From: Octopus vulgaris
Taxonomy: Eukaryota
Length of the DNA stretch: 64,000 bases
Reading direction: 5' to 3'
NCBI GenBank assembly: GCA_951406725.2
Contig: OX597832.1
Span: forward strand, 54,126,001 to 54,190,000
Shown here: in pieces, positions 27,015-41,324 of the stretch
Layout: each line of letters begins with the position of its first letter
Numbering within the stretch: the stretch's first letter is position 1
Position numbers and translations under genes: made by a program
Notes under the pieces: model-generated
The model's database searches: none
Told to the model about the DNA's origin: nothing
Seen by the model: only the letters and a program-made list of their open reading frames with translations

Positions 27015-27111
27015 GTAGTCAAGTAATGTAACATATTGTATAGATAAATTTCCTCTATTTACATAATATTGAGGTCTCTTTCTTTCTTTTGTTATCTTAC
27101 CGTTTTATCAA
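27015..27111 (+). mobile_element. Penelope-like 3'-terminal micro-copy
   Basis: 27022-27111 reads identical to 58995-59084 and is followed by (TA)n. Confidence 0.85.
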
Positions 27112-28025
27112 TATATATATATATATATCATCATCGTTTAACGTCCGCTTTCCATGCTAGCATGGGTTGGACTATATATATATATATATATACATACACA
27201 TATATGCGACGGGCTTCTTTCAGTTTCTGTCTACCAAATCCTCTCACAAAGCTTTTGTCGGCCTGAGGCTATAGTAGAAGACACTTGCCCAATGTGTCAT
27301 GCAGTGGGACTGAACCTGGAACCATGTGGTTAATAAGCAAGCTACTTACCACACAGCCACTCCTACAAACAAATATTTTATTTCAAAAATTTACATGTGC
27401 ATATATGGGGTCCACAGATGATAAGATAGCTCTCATGGGGTCCACATGCAAAACAAAGTCGGAAACCCCTATTTTATATAATTCAACCTACACAAGTTAA
27501 TGTGTAGCTTGAATAGGAGCTTTGAAAGAAGTTTCTATGAAACTAGTTTTAAGCATTGAATATTTATAGGGGTCCACTAGAGTAAAATAGTAACCAAAGG
27601 GGTGAATAGATAAAAAATGGTTGGGAACCCCTGGTCTAAAATGACGGAGATCCACTTACGGATATCTGTAGTTACTTCATAAAGGGAAGTAATTTCATAA
27701 GGGGACATGACTCAATAGTTAAGCCTTGCATTCTGATAAACCAGTTAAATCTCAGTTACTCCGGTGCTCTTGAGCACAGAGGTTAGTAAAGTCGACGCTA
27801 CAGATTTCTATTGGCCGCGGGTTTCTGTGCATTCGGTCATGTGATATTAGCTTCTCACATATTGGCTATGAATGTGCTACATCATGAAATTTTTGGTCAT
27901 CTTCTTTTTCTTCTCACCGGTGGTATCCATTTGTGACCTAGTTTTAATCTTCATTTTGTGACCTAGTTTTAATATTCGTTCAATGAGGCATTCGCTGAGT
28001 GGTCTTCTGTTAGCTCTCTTCACGT

Positions 28026-28072
<47 letters not shown>

Positions 28073-29362
28073 GTGTGGTGTATTTGTCACCCATCCACCA
28101 CCCACTCATCGCTTGACGACCATGCTGGTTAGTTCGGCAAAAGACATTGATAGAATAAGTACCAAACTTTAAAAAAAAGCATAGACGCAGGAGTGGCTGT
28201 GTGGTAAGTAGCTTGTTTACCAACCACATGGTTCCGGGTTCAGTCCCACTGCGTGGCACCTTGGGCAAGTGTCTTCTACTATAGCCTCGGGCCGACCAAA
28301 GCCTTGTGAGTGGATTTGGTAGACGGAAATTGAAAGAAGCCCGTCGTATATATGTATATATATATATGCGTGTGTGTGTCTGTGTTTGTTCCCCTAGCAT
28401 TGCTTGACAACCGATGCTGGTGTGTTTATGTCCCCGTTACTTAGCGGTTCGGCAAAAGAAACCGATAGAATAAGTATTGCTCGATTAAAGGCGGTGCTCC
28501 AGCATGGCCACAGTCAAAATGACTGAAACAAGTAAAAAAAAAATGTCTTCTGCTGTAACCTCAGACTCAAACCATACAAATAAAACTTGGTAGACGGAAA
28601 CTGGTGGAAGCCTGCCTAATCGACTGTATCTACCTGAGTGGGTGATGGATTTAATCCATCCATTGCTTGGTTTAACACGCCTTCCCGATCCTTGGGTGCC
28701 TTTAACAGGGCCCAGTCTGTTGGAAACAGTTAGACAAGATCTCTGGTCAAAGGACGATCCCTGTTCTCACCTCTGTCTCATATTGGAGGTAATTCAAGAA
28801 AAGTGGGTGGTTGTTTCCGGTCTTTGACCGAGCCATAAATGATTGTTCCATTTTGCAGTAATTAGTCTATCGACAGTCTATATCTATTAAGTATGATACA
28901 TAGGTCGCTATTTTTTTAAAATGCTGCCTCAATTACGTATACCAGAATTTTATTCAGCTGCGCAGCTCTTTGCAGCATCAGTGAATATTTTATTTGCTTT
29001 TCCCTATATCAGAACGACAACGCCTTGTTCAAGAGTGTGGCTAACTATGAGTACGCACCGTTAATAAGGTCCTAAAAGGCCAAAACGCATCTGTTAGTTA
29101 CTGCTGGGATAAATTTTCGTCTCTCTCTTTGATATTTATTATGGTTTTAACACAGCACATTCATAAGGAATGTTATCTTAGGGGAAATACTGCAGCAGTT
29201 GAGCGCTCATCTGTAAGTGTATGCATTAAGTATGATACGTAAATGGTTATTTTATATTTATTCCCCTGTGTTTATGGCGTCATTGGTTTGCATTATTAAT
29301 GATAGTTGTTCGTATTCCTATATTTATTATTATTTAGACACCAGATCGATGTAGTCAATGTT

Positions 29363-29404
<42 letters not shown>

Positions 29405-29422
29405 AGATAAAGACAGACATAC

Positions 29423-29457
<35 letters not shown>

Positions 29458-29500
29458 GAAAAGGACAAAGATAGATAAATGGATAGAGATAGACCACGAC

Positions 29501-29545
<45 letters not shown>

Positions 29546-30265
29546 CAGATAGATGTGGACGATATCATTATATAACTTCAACTTTTCATGTGTAAAAAAA
29601 TAAATAAAAACTGTTTTGAAATGACTGTTCTGTTTAAATATTCTGTTAAAGCCTTATTTTATGATCATACTATCAATGCATTACGATTCGGTAGAAATAA
29701 ATAAAATGGTGTCACGGTCTTATGATTTTATCGTTTTGTTGAAAAATCCTGGCGATTGTATTATGGTGTTCAACAGAAATATTTCTCATGCTTCCTGAGA
29801 TTCGCCAACACTACACTTGATTTTCTCCCCTCCATACACACACAAGCATGTATCTGACTCATACATTGTTCGCTTTCCAGACATTTCTACATTACTGCAT
29901 ATACTTTATATGCAATTTCTGACAAGTTGTGGTGCACCTGAGCACTGTATACAATAATTTCATTATTATTATTTTAAATAACGGTACCTTAAATAATGAA
30001 AGAATGGTATTTTAAAGATGGTTTCGAATTTTAGCAAGGGACAAGCAAATTTCTGGGGGCCTGTCGATTCCATCGGCCACAGTGTTTGACTGGTACTTAA
30101 ATAACGATGTGTATTTTAAGGATGAGTAGCAGAAGTGATTTACACTGTCATTATGTGTGAGATGTTTTCATTTTGAGTTGTCTAGACTTAAATACCTGGA
30201 TATCGGCTCCACGAGCCTTTTCGTTCCAGCAGGTCTCATGACCTTGTGATTAGCGGAAATTGACG

Positions 30266-30858
30266 GGTGCTAGTATATATTTCTTTACTGCCCAGAAGGG
30301 GCTAAACATAGAGGGGACAAACAAGGACAGACGAAGGGATTAAGTCGATTACATCGACCCCAGTGCGTAACTGGTACTTAATTTATCGACCCCGAAAGGA
30401 TGAAAGGCAAAGTTGACCTCGGCGGAATTTGAACTCAGAACGTAACGACAGACGAAATACGGCTACGCATTTCGCCCGGCGTGCTAACGGTTCTACCTAG
30501 TATAGTACGTGGTCTACCACGGTGTCAAACAGTATAGCCAGGGTTATCTACCTTAAAAATTACTGCTGGAAGGTAATGAAGAAAGCCTAAGATGATTTAT
30601 TTGTATCGTTCCTTAATGACATAAGGAGTGTTTATCGATAAAATGGATTGTCTTGATTTATCTGTGTAATTTTTTTTTATCATATAAAATAACATAAGAT
30701 TCAGCTTTTCTTATTTGTGTAATTCCTTTATAATGTACGAAGTGTTTTATCTCTGAAATATCTGAAAATTTTTAATCTCTGAAATATCTGAAAAATAAGG
30801 TAGATAACCCAGGCTGTACTGTATGACACTGCGGTAGACCGTATATCATACTAGCACC
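30266..30858. mobile_element. MITE-like element with ~60-bp imperfect TIRs, left TIR split by a family B SINE
   Basis: 30497-30556 is inverted relative to 30796-30858; CTAGTATA is duplicated around the SINE at 30278-30496. Confidence 0.6.
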
Positions 30859-31135
30859 AATTGTCTGTATTGGTCGGTTTCCAGTTGTCCAATCGTGTTG
30901 GCGTAACAGTTTGTTTTTCCTGACGCGGGAAATTAATCACCAGCTCTGGGGAGCCTAGTGATCTCTATAAGAACGACAGTTCTCGACTGCTCTAGGTCTT
31001 TGGCATACGCCATATGCACATATGCACACCCATATGTACATATAAACCCATTCACCTTTATTTAATGTAACGAGTGTATCTGACCTGTATGTGTCCTTTG
31101 TCTGTCCTTGTTTGTCCCCTCTATGTATCCTGTTA

Positions 31136-31534
31136 TCTTTATATATAAAAGTCAAGTTGTGTGTCTGTCTCCTACGATTTAGATTCCTAACTACTCCCAC
31201 ATTTTGCGGTAAAGTGTAACCAAAAGCGGGTATCTTATAGTCGTGATTCATATCGAGCCGTTCTGGGTAGTAGCGCGCATCTACGATGGGTCTACGATTA
31301 AAAAAAAAAATTTTTCATAATTTTTTCCCATTTTTAATGCATTTTTTTTGCTATTATATAAGGGAAGTAACTCTCTAAAAATGTATTATTAAATCTCAGA
31401 ACGTAAAAGGCTACAGTAACCCCCCCCCCTTTGTGGTTAGTCATATTGAGATGGCTATTATACTTTACATCTCTAAAAATGCTTATATAGTTATTTCCCT
31501 TACAAACCCGAGCAACACCGGGCGATACTGCTAG
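31136..31534 (+). mobile_element. Non-autonomous Helitron, 399 bp
   Basis: Starts A|TCTTTATATATAAAAG; ends with hairpin CCCG-AGCAACAC-CGGG then CTAG|T; no TSD. These are the canonical Helitron termini. Confidence 0.85.
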
Positions 31535-31754
31535 TAGGAAATAAAGAAAACCTTTGGCACACGCCACTGGCCACACGCAACTCGTCTCCGGCAACGATGT
31601 TACTGACACCAGCCAGTCTACGCTTTCATCTCCATCAGACGCCTGCCTACATCGTTGCTGTATAAACAGCACATGACCAACAGACCAACGGCTGCTTCTA
31701 CACACCACCAAACAGTACATCAACTACGTCTACAAGATCAACTGGTACTTATTT

Positions 31755-32358
31755 CTATTTCTTTATTACCCACAAGGGGCTAAACACAGAGGGGACAAAC
31801 AAGGACAGACAAACGGATTAAGTCGATTACATCGACCCCCTGTGCGAAACTTGGTACTTATTTAATCAACCCCGAAATGATGAAAGACAAAGTTGACCTC
31901 GGCGGGATTTGAACTCAGAACGTAGCGGCAAACGAAATACTTATTTCTTTATTGCCCACAAGGGGCTAAACATAGAGGGGACAAACAAGGACAGACAAAC
32001 GGATTAAGTCGATTACATCGACCCCAGTGCGAAACTGGTACTTATTTCATCGACCCCGAAAGGATGAAAGGCAAAGTCAACCTCGGCGGGATTTGAACTC
32101 AGAACGTAGCGGCAAACGAAATACTTATTTCTTTACTACCCACAAGGGGCTAAACACAGAGGGGACAAACAAGGACAGATATAGGTATTAAGTCGATTAC
32201 ATCGACCCCAGTGCGTAACTGGTACTTAATTTATCGACCCCTAAAGGATGAAAGGTAAAGTCAACCTCGGCGGGATTTGAACTCAGAACGTAGCGGCAAA
32301 CGAAGTACTGCTAAGCATTTCGCCAGGCGTGCTAACGTTTCTGCCAGCTCGCCGCCTT
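31755..32358 (-). repeat. Tandem trimer of SINE family B (~180-bp units)
   Basis: Three head-to-tail copies; only the 5'-most has the full head. Confidence 0.85.
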
Positions 32359-32721
32359 ATTGGTACTTATTTCATCGATCCAGAATGGTTGAGAGAGGCA
32401 AAGTGGATGCGAGCAGCATCTGAACACAGAACGTAAAGAACCGGAAGAAATGCTGTTAAGCCTCTTGTCCGGCGCGGTAACAATTCCGTCAGTTCACCTC
32501 CTCAACTGGCGCTGGCAGAATCGTTACCACACCGGACAAAAGATTTAGCGGCTTTTCATTCTTCATGTTCTGAGTTCAAATTCCACCGAAGTCGATTTTA
32601 ACCTTTTAACCTTTTGGGGGGGGGGTCGATAAAAGAAGTACCAATTGAGTACTAGGATCTATGTAATCGACACGTGCTCCTCACCCCAAGATTTCAGGCC
32701 CTTGTGCTTATAGCACAAAGG

Positions 32722-32768
<47 letters not shown>

Positions 32769-32898
32769 AACTGCTGCTGCTGCTGCTACAACCACTACTA
32801 CTACTACTACTACTACTACAACCACTACTACTACTACAACCACTACTACTACTACAACCACTACTACTACTACTACTACAACCACTACTACTACTACA

Positions 32899-32945
<47 letters not shown>

Positions 32946-32977
32946 CGCTACTGCTGCTGCTGCTGCTGCTGCTACTG

Positions 32978-33038
<61 letters not shown>
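32722..33038. repeat. (ACT)n/(GCT)n trinucleotide microsatellite
   Basis: Read directly. Confidence 0.95.
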
Positions 33039-34058
33039 CGAATATGGAATCAGAATTTAAAAAATTTTTAATTCCAAATTAGGCAGAAAAGAAAATAGGT
33101 TTCGTTCCATTCTGCTACAATTTGCTAAGTCGTTCATAAGATGATTCGATTTAATGAGATATAAAAAAAAGAGATTTATATCTTTTTAATGTTTCAGAAA
33201 GGAGAACGGAAAAAGAAAAAAAAAACCCCAAAAACACACCGATTAATGTATGAATTTGTTTTTATTTTTTGTTCCACCGAAAAAACTTACAATAATGATG
33301 CTATATGATTCAAAGAATTATTCCTGCACCCCCCCCCCAAAATCGCCATCCATGTTACTCATTTTCGAGATGATGTAATCTCGAACACGACATGGGTAGG
33401 CTCCAATATATTTAATAACTGCACGAAGCAACAAACAAACAAACAAACAAACAAAACCTCATTTCCTATTTAGATGAAAAGTTAAAATAATTCTAATACA
33501 ACATTTGGTTAAGACATTTCCTTTATCGTTATAGAACCATTATTTATGCGTTATTTCTTGAGAATATTTCCTCTGAATCATCACAATACGGTGCTAGTGT
33601 TTTTATCTCTTTCATTAAAGAGATAAAATCTTCCTACAGAGCTAGCACTTTATGTATTTTCACTGAATCATAAACATACTGTTTCTTATCTCCGGATTAA
33701 ACATAAAACGTGACTTCCACAAGTCTTTATTTAATATATAAGATAAAAAATGAAGAAGAAACAACTTATATAAATTATGATGTAACCCAAGTTTTTTTTT
33801 TTGTCTTAAAGTCTTTTCGTCTGTTCTTAATTATCTATTGTTTTAGTTAAAGCGGCGAGCTGACAAAATTGTTTGCAAGTTTGTAACGATAAAGTTGGTG
33901 TGTTTACGTCCCCGTCACTTAGCGGTTCGGCAAAAGGGACCGATAGAATAAGTACTAGGCTTACAAAGAATAAGTCCTGAGGGTCGATTTGCTCGACTAA
34001 AGGTGGTGCTCCAGCATGGCCACAGTCAAATGACTGAAACCAGTAAAAGAACAGTATA

Positions 34059-34137
<79 letters not shown>

Positions 34138-34814
34138 CGTTTTTTCTTTTATTTGTTTCAGTCATTTGACTGTAGCCATGCTGGAGCACCGCCTTTTTAG
34201 TAGACCCCGGGACTTATTCTATGTAAGCCCAGTACTTATTCTATCGGTCTCTTTTGCCGAACCGCTAGATGACGGGGACGTAAACACACCAGCATCGGTT
34301 GTCAAGCAATGCTAGGGGGACAGACACACAAACACACACACACATATATATATATACGACAGGCTTCTTTCAGTTTCTGTCTACCAAATCCACTCACAAG
34401 GTATTGGTCGGTCCGGGGCTATAGCAGAAGACACTTGCTCAAGATGCCACGCAGTGGGACTGAACCCGGAACCATGTGGTTGATTAGCAAGCTACTTATC
34501 ACACAGCCACTCCTTGCATATGTTAATTCATATAAACTTTAATAATGATTAAATCTTATAAAACTTTCATACTGACATTTAAATAAAAAGTCCATTCTAT
34601 TGTTCCAAAAGTCAATATCTTAATTTTACTTTTATTTGGCATGAAATATATATAAAATTCTTGGCAAAATATATTTTCTGCCAGTTTTAATGATCCAATT
34701 AACAAACTAGATCCATTAGTGACACTAGAAGAAACACTGCTATCTATCTATCTGTCTGTCTGTCTGTCTGCCTGTCTGTCTGTCTGTCTGTCTGCCTGTC
34801 TGTCTGTCTGTTTA

Positions 34815-34868
<54 letters not shown>

Positions 34869-34975
34869 TTATCTGTCTGTCTGTCTGTCTATCTGTCTGT
34901 CTGTCTGTCTATCTGTCTGTCTGCCTGCCTACCTACCTGTCTGTCTCTCTGTCAGTCTGTCTGTCTGTCTGTTTA

Positions 34976-35051
<76 letters not shown>

Positions 35052-35379
35052 GCCTGTTTGTCTGCCTGCCTGTCTGACTGTCCATCTACGTTGTAAGCGG
35101 CCTCGTGACCGAATAAGACCACTTCGTAAACAAATTCAATTCCAAGAAGCACTTCACTTTTTTGTTTTCCTTATTGCTGACGACATCACACCTCAAAAGA
35201 ACTCTCAAGACCTACAAGATCTTGCAAGTCATTCTACTTTGATCAGCACTGTTTTTTCCGGCGGTAGCCTGACTACTCTAAATGTCGGGATTTATAATGT
35301 CGAGTACGTGCGTTGGTTGATCTACACACACTGTTAACACGAGATGCACGATAGATTATGCTTGGATGTCATTGCACTG

Positions 35380-35515
35380 GTTTATGAAGGACGAGTTTCT
35401 GTTACTACGGATGTGGCCGGGTTGGCCTGCCTTGGAGAAGCAGATATGACACACTGGTCACATGAAAGAGACTCTACCGTGCTCTTATCAGAGGGTAGAT
35501 TCACATCTTCCAGCA
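35380..35515 (-). mobile_element. Degenerate RTE LINE 3' fragment
   Basis: - strand SCDQC...CFSKAGQPGHIRS (across a frameshift) resembles the C-terminal Cys/His motif of RTE/BovB ORFs. Confidence 0.4.
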
Positions 35516-35768
35516 GGTTTCAACACACACACACATACACACACACACACGCACACACACACACACACATACTCACACAATAATACATACATATATACAT
35601 ATAGGCACAGGAGTGGCTGTGTGGTAAGTAGGTTGTTTACCAATCACATGGTTCCGGGTTCAGTCCCACTGCGTGGCACCTTGGGCAAGTGTCTTCTACT
35701 ATAGCCTCGGGCCGACCAAAGCCTTGTGAGTGGATTTGGTAGACGGAAACTGAAAGAAACCCGTCGTA

Positions 35769-35842
<74 letters not shown>

Positions 35843-36109
35843 TGTGTCTGTTTGTGTGTCTGTGTTTGTCCCCTCAACATCGCTTGACAACCGATGCTGG
35901 TGTGTTTATGTCCCCGTTACTTAGCGGTTCCACAAAAGACGCGACACGACAGGCTTCTTTCAGTTTCCGTCTACCAAATCCACTCACAAGGCTTTGGTCA
36001 GCCTGAGGCTATAGTAGAAGACACTTGCCCAAGGTGCCACGCAGTGGAATTGAACCCAGAACCATGCTGTTGGTAAGCATGCTTCTTACCACACAGCAAA
36101 GCCTGCACC

Positions 36110-36141
<32 letters not shown>

Positions 36142-36990
36142 TGTATGTATGTATGTATGTATGTATGTGTGTATGTATGTATGTATGGATGTATGTATGT
36201 GTGTGTGTGTGTCTGTCTGTCTGTATGTATGTGTTTGTGTATGTATATGTTTGTGTTTGTCACTCACCAACGCTAGACAGCCGGTGTTGGTTTGTTTACG
36301 TCCTCGTAACTTAGCGGTCGGCGTAAAGACACTGATAGAACAAGTACCAGACTAAAAAAACAAAAACAAAACAAAACAAAACAAAACAAAACAAAACAAA
36401 CGAACATAAAAGTACAGGCATGGCTGTGTGGCAAGAAGCTCGCTTCCCAACCACATGGTTCTGGGTTCAGTCCCAGTACGTGACACCTTGGGCAAGGGCC
36501 TTCTATTGTAGCCTCGGGCCGATCAAACCCTTGTAAGTGGATTTGGTAGCTGGAGACTGAAAGAAGCCCGTATTACATATACGTATATATTTATGTGTGT
36601 ATGTCTTCGTGTCTGTGTTTGTCCCCACCACCATCGCCTGACAACCGATGTTGGTTTGTTCACGTCCCTGTAAATTAGTAGTTCGGCAAAAGAGACCGAT
36701 AGAATAAATACTTGGCTTTCAAAGGATAAGTCCTGGAGTCGATTTCCTCGACTAAGAAGCCGTTTATGGTGGTGCTCCAGCACGGCCGCAGTCAAATGAC
36801 TGAAACAAGTAAAAAAAAAAAGAATAAAAGAATAGAAGAAAAAAAGTCCTGGGGTCTATTTTTCCGATTAAACGCGGTGATCCAATATGGCCGCAGTCCA
36901 ACGACTGAAACAAATAAAAGATTAACAAAAAAACAAAAAACAAAACAGACAAAAGGACAAAAAATAAGTGTTTGTATTTACAAAGTGGGA

Positions 36991-37945
36991 AGCGGCGAGC
37001 TGGCAGAAATGTTAGCACGCCGGGCAAAATGCTTAGCAGTATTTCGTCTGCCGCTACGTTTCTGAGTTCAAATTCCGCCGAGGTCGACTTTGCCTTTCAT
37101 CCTTTCGGGGTCGATTAAATAAATACCAGTTACGCACTGGGGTCGATATCCGTTTATCTGTCCTGGTTTGTCCTCTCTGTGTTTAGCACCTTGTGGGTAG
37201 TAAAGAAATAGGTATGTCGTCTGCTGCTACGTTCTGAGTTCAAATACCGCCGAGGTCGACCTTGCCTTTCATCCTTTCGGGGTCGATTAAATAAGTACCA
37301 GTTATACATTGGGGTCGATATAATCGACTTAATCCGTTTGTCTGTCCTTGTTTGTCCCTTCTGTGTTTAGCCCCTTGTGGGTAGTAAAGAAATAGGTATG
37401 TCGTCTGCCGCTACGTTCTGTTCAAATTCCGCCGAGGTCGACTTTGCCTTCCATCCTTTCGGGGTCGATTAAATAAGAACCAGTTACGCACTGGAGTCGA
37501 TATAATCGACTGAATCCGTTTGTCCGTCCTGGTTTGTCCTCTCTGTGTTTAGCCCCTTGTGGGTAGTAAAGAAATAGGTATTTCGTCTGCTGTTACGCGT
37601 TCTGAGTTCCAATTCCGCCGAGGTCAACTTTGCCTTTCATCCTTTCGGGGTCGATTAAATAAGTACCAGTTACGCACTGGAGTCGATATAATCGACTTAA
37701 TCCGTTTGTCCGTCCTGTTTGTCCTCTCTGTGTTTGTCCTTGTGGGTAGTAAAGAAATAGGTATTTCGTCTGCTGTTACGCGTTCTGAGTTCCAATTCCG
37801 CCGAGGTCAACTTGCCTTTCATCCTTTCGGGTCGATTAAATAAGTACCAGTTACACACTGGAGTCGATATAATCGACTTAATCCGTTTGTCTGTCCTGGT
37901 TTCTTCCCTCTACGTTTAGCCCCCTGTGGGTAGTAAAGAAATAAG
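36991..37945 (+). repeat. Tandem pentamer of SINE family B with target-site duplication
   Basis: Five ~180-bp units; GTATTTACAAAGTGG on both flanks (about 36974 and 37946). Confidence 0.85.
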
Positions 37946-38533
37946 TATTTACAAAGTGGAACAGTTTTTGAAATAGAAGATGAAAGCTTGGTTGTCGTTT
38001 CCCTCAGAATGTCTCAAACCTTATAATTTTCACAACATTTTTTGCTGTTTTTGTGGTAAATCGGGAACTGGGAGGCCCCCCACCCAAGCTGACGAACAAA
38101 GAACGTTCATGCAAATGTAAATACAGACGTGACGTATTTCACATTCAGAAGGAAGGAAGGAAGTAGGGTGTCCTTTGTAAATTTGTTCTTTATACTGAAC
38201 TGAATAAAACAGAATCCACGACGACAGCTAAATACAAATGTATGTCAAAAGTCGACGTGTTTATTGTAGTTATTTATCAGCGTGCCTGCACATGCGCACA
38301 CACGCACACACATAGGCACGCATAGATATAAGACAAAATAATAAGTGTTAGTATTTACAAAGTGGAACAGTTTTTGAGAAAGAAGATGAAAGTTTGGTAG
38401 TCGTTTCCCTCAGAATGTCTCAAACCTTGTAATTTTCACAACATTTTTTTGCTGTTTTTGTTGTAAATCGGGAACTGGAAGAACTGGAAGCCCCCAAAGC
38501 TGACAGACTGACAGACGGACAGATGGACAGATG

Positions 38534-38583
<50 letters not shown>

Positions 38584-38636
38584 GACAGACAGATAGACAG
38601 ACAGACAATCAGATAGATAGATAGATAGATAGATAC

Positions 38637-38682
<46 letters not shown>

Positions 38683-39141
38683 GGACTGACAGACAGACAG
38701 ACAGACAGATAGCAGTGTTTCTTCTAGTGTCACACGCTCACACATAGACAAACACACGTAGTTACGCAGGCACGCACACGCTCATACACACAGAGACACA
38801 TATAGACAGATATAGCCACACACACACACACAGGAACACACAGACACACAGACACACATAGATACATATACAAGCACACACGCGCATACACATAGACTTT
38901 CTCTCTTTCTCTCACACACACATAGACATATACGCACTAACACAGACACACGCGCGCACACACACGCTCGCACATAGACATACACATACATAGACACACA
39001 CACACACGCATATACATAGACTCCCTTAGAACACATCACCATACACAGACTGACACAAGCACACACAAACACACGTACACGCACACACACACATACACAC
39101 GTGCGCGTGCTTACACACACACACATACAAACACAAACACC

Positions 39142-39173
<32 letters not shown>

Positions 39174-39714
39174 AACACACACACATACAAACACACACAC
39201 TCAAACACACACACACACCAACACACACTTACAAACACAAACACCCATAAACACACACACACAAACACATACACACACAAGCACACGCACATACACAAGC
39301 ACATACAAACACACACATACACTCATTGACACAGACAGACTCACACGATAACAACCCGTCCCATAACAGATTCCCCAGTCAGACCTAATGCTGTTCCTTC
39401 TTCGTGTATTCCCTTCCCTTCTAGTATCTAATAATTACAGGTAATTAACGCGACATCCCATCCATGTTGGTGCTATTGAGTAACCCATCCGAGGGCGGCC
39501 ACCAAACTAAATGATTCTTAATGATTCTTCCCGAAAGCGTGGGCGTGGCTGTGTTGTCAAGTAGCTTGCCTTCCTCTACCATGCAGTTCTGGGTTCAGTC
39601 CCACAGTGAGGTACCTTGGTCAAATATCTTTTATTATGGCTCCGGGTCGATCAAAGCCTTGGAAGAGAATTCGGTAAACGGAGACTGAAAGAAGCAAGTT
39701 GTATATACAAGAGG

Positions 39715-39925
<211 letters not shown>

Positions 39926-39961
39926 GGGTCAGAAGTGAGGGCTGGTGGCATTTGATAAAGC

Positions 39962-40049
39962 TACCGAATATAGCGCTGATGACGGAATTCAAACTCCCCT
40001 TTTTTTATATGTTTGTGATCCAGAAACACCGTGTTCGCTATTAACGGTA
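39962..40049 (+). ncRNA. Type-I hammerhead ribozyme motif (copy 1)
   Basis: ATAGCG-CTGATGA-[GGA..TCAAAC/GTTTG..TCC]-GAAA-CAC.GTG-TT^CGCTAT; stem I extends via TACCG/CGGTA. The base of stem II is a C-A mismatch. Confidence 0.72.
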
Positions 40050-40516
40050 AGTGTCTGAATTCGTATATTTGCCACTCCGGTTTTGTGTATGTGAGCCGCA
40101 AGGGCCTTCGTTTTTGGAATCTCCACTTATAGAAATGGAAAAAACGGTCTTTGACTGCCATTTCTAATTCCTTCGGTATGAGGCGAAACAGCTTGCTGCT
40201 AGCCAACTTATTTTTCTTTACTATATACTGAACCTTACAAAGGTCTTGACAATTATTTTGTCGTATTTACATACCGAAATTTACCGGTAAATAATTGTTG
40301 GTTACATGAAAAACCACAGGAAAATTATTTACCATTTTTATTGTATTACCATGTGGATTCCTCATTCCATTACGATTACCCAGAAGGCGCGCATGGCAGA
40401 ATTTTGGAGGGAAAATTTACGTTCCCAGTCGTTACTTGGTTTTAACATCTGCGCACTTCCCCCCACTATCTGATGTCGCTGGGTCAGAAGTGAGGGCTGG
40501 TGGCATTTGATAAAGC

Positions 40517-40604
40517 TACCGAATATAGCGCTGATGACGGAATTCAAACTCCTCTTTTTTTATATGTTTGTGATCCAGAAACACCGTGTTCGCTATTAAC
40601 GGTA
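40517..40604 (+). ncRNA. Type-I hammerhead ribozyme motif (copy 2)
   Basis: Same as 39962-40049, shifted by 555 nt; CTGATGA at 40531. Confidence 0.72.
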
Positions 40605-40775
40605 AGTGACTGAATTCGTATATTTGCCACTCCGGTTTTGTGTATGTGAGCCGCAAGGGCCTTCGTTTTTGGAATCTCCACTTGTAGAAATGGAAAAAAC
40701 GGTCTTTGACTGCCATTTCTAATTCCTTCGGTATGAGGCGAAACAGCTTGCTGCTAGCCAACTTATTTTTCTTTA

Positions 40776-40899
<124 letters not shown>

Positions 40900-41264
40900 T
40901 AAATAAATGGAGTTGAACGCAGGTGTTATTCAAATTCTTTTACTTTCGACATATGTTTCGAAGACAACATGCAAAGGAATAAACGGTGTAAAATTTTCCA
41001 TGTTAACGGTAAACAAATTCATCCATTTATATATATAAGGCGGCGAGCTGGCAGAAACGTTAGCACGCCGGGCGAAATGCGTAGACGTATTTCGTCTGCC
41101 GTTACGTTCTGAGTTCAAATTCCGCCGAGGTTGACTTTATCTTTCATCCTTTCGGGGTTGACAAATTAAGTACCAGTTACGCACTGGGGCCGATGTAATC
41201 GACTTAATCCGTTTGTCTGTCCTTGTTTGTCTCCTCTGTGTTTAGCCCCTTGTGGGTAGTGAAG

Positions 41265-41324
<60 letters not shown>

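Noticed and set aside
27780-27875. Promoter-like patch with two ATTGG boxes
   Set aside because: No adjacent exon or RNA gene could be identified; short motifs alone are insufficient.
32674-33060. Poly-Thr mucin-like ORF
   Set aside because: Translation of an (ACT)n tail attached to a repeat; no splice or domain support.
39961-40761. Duplicated 81-aa - strand ORF in the 299-bp repeats
   Set aside because: Non-ATG start, no recognisable motif, antisense to the hammerhead; the duplication explains why it recurs.
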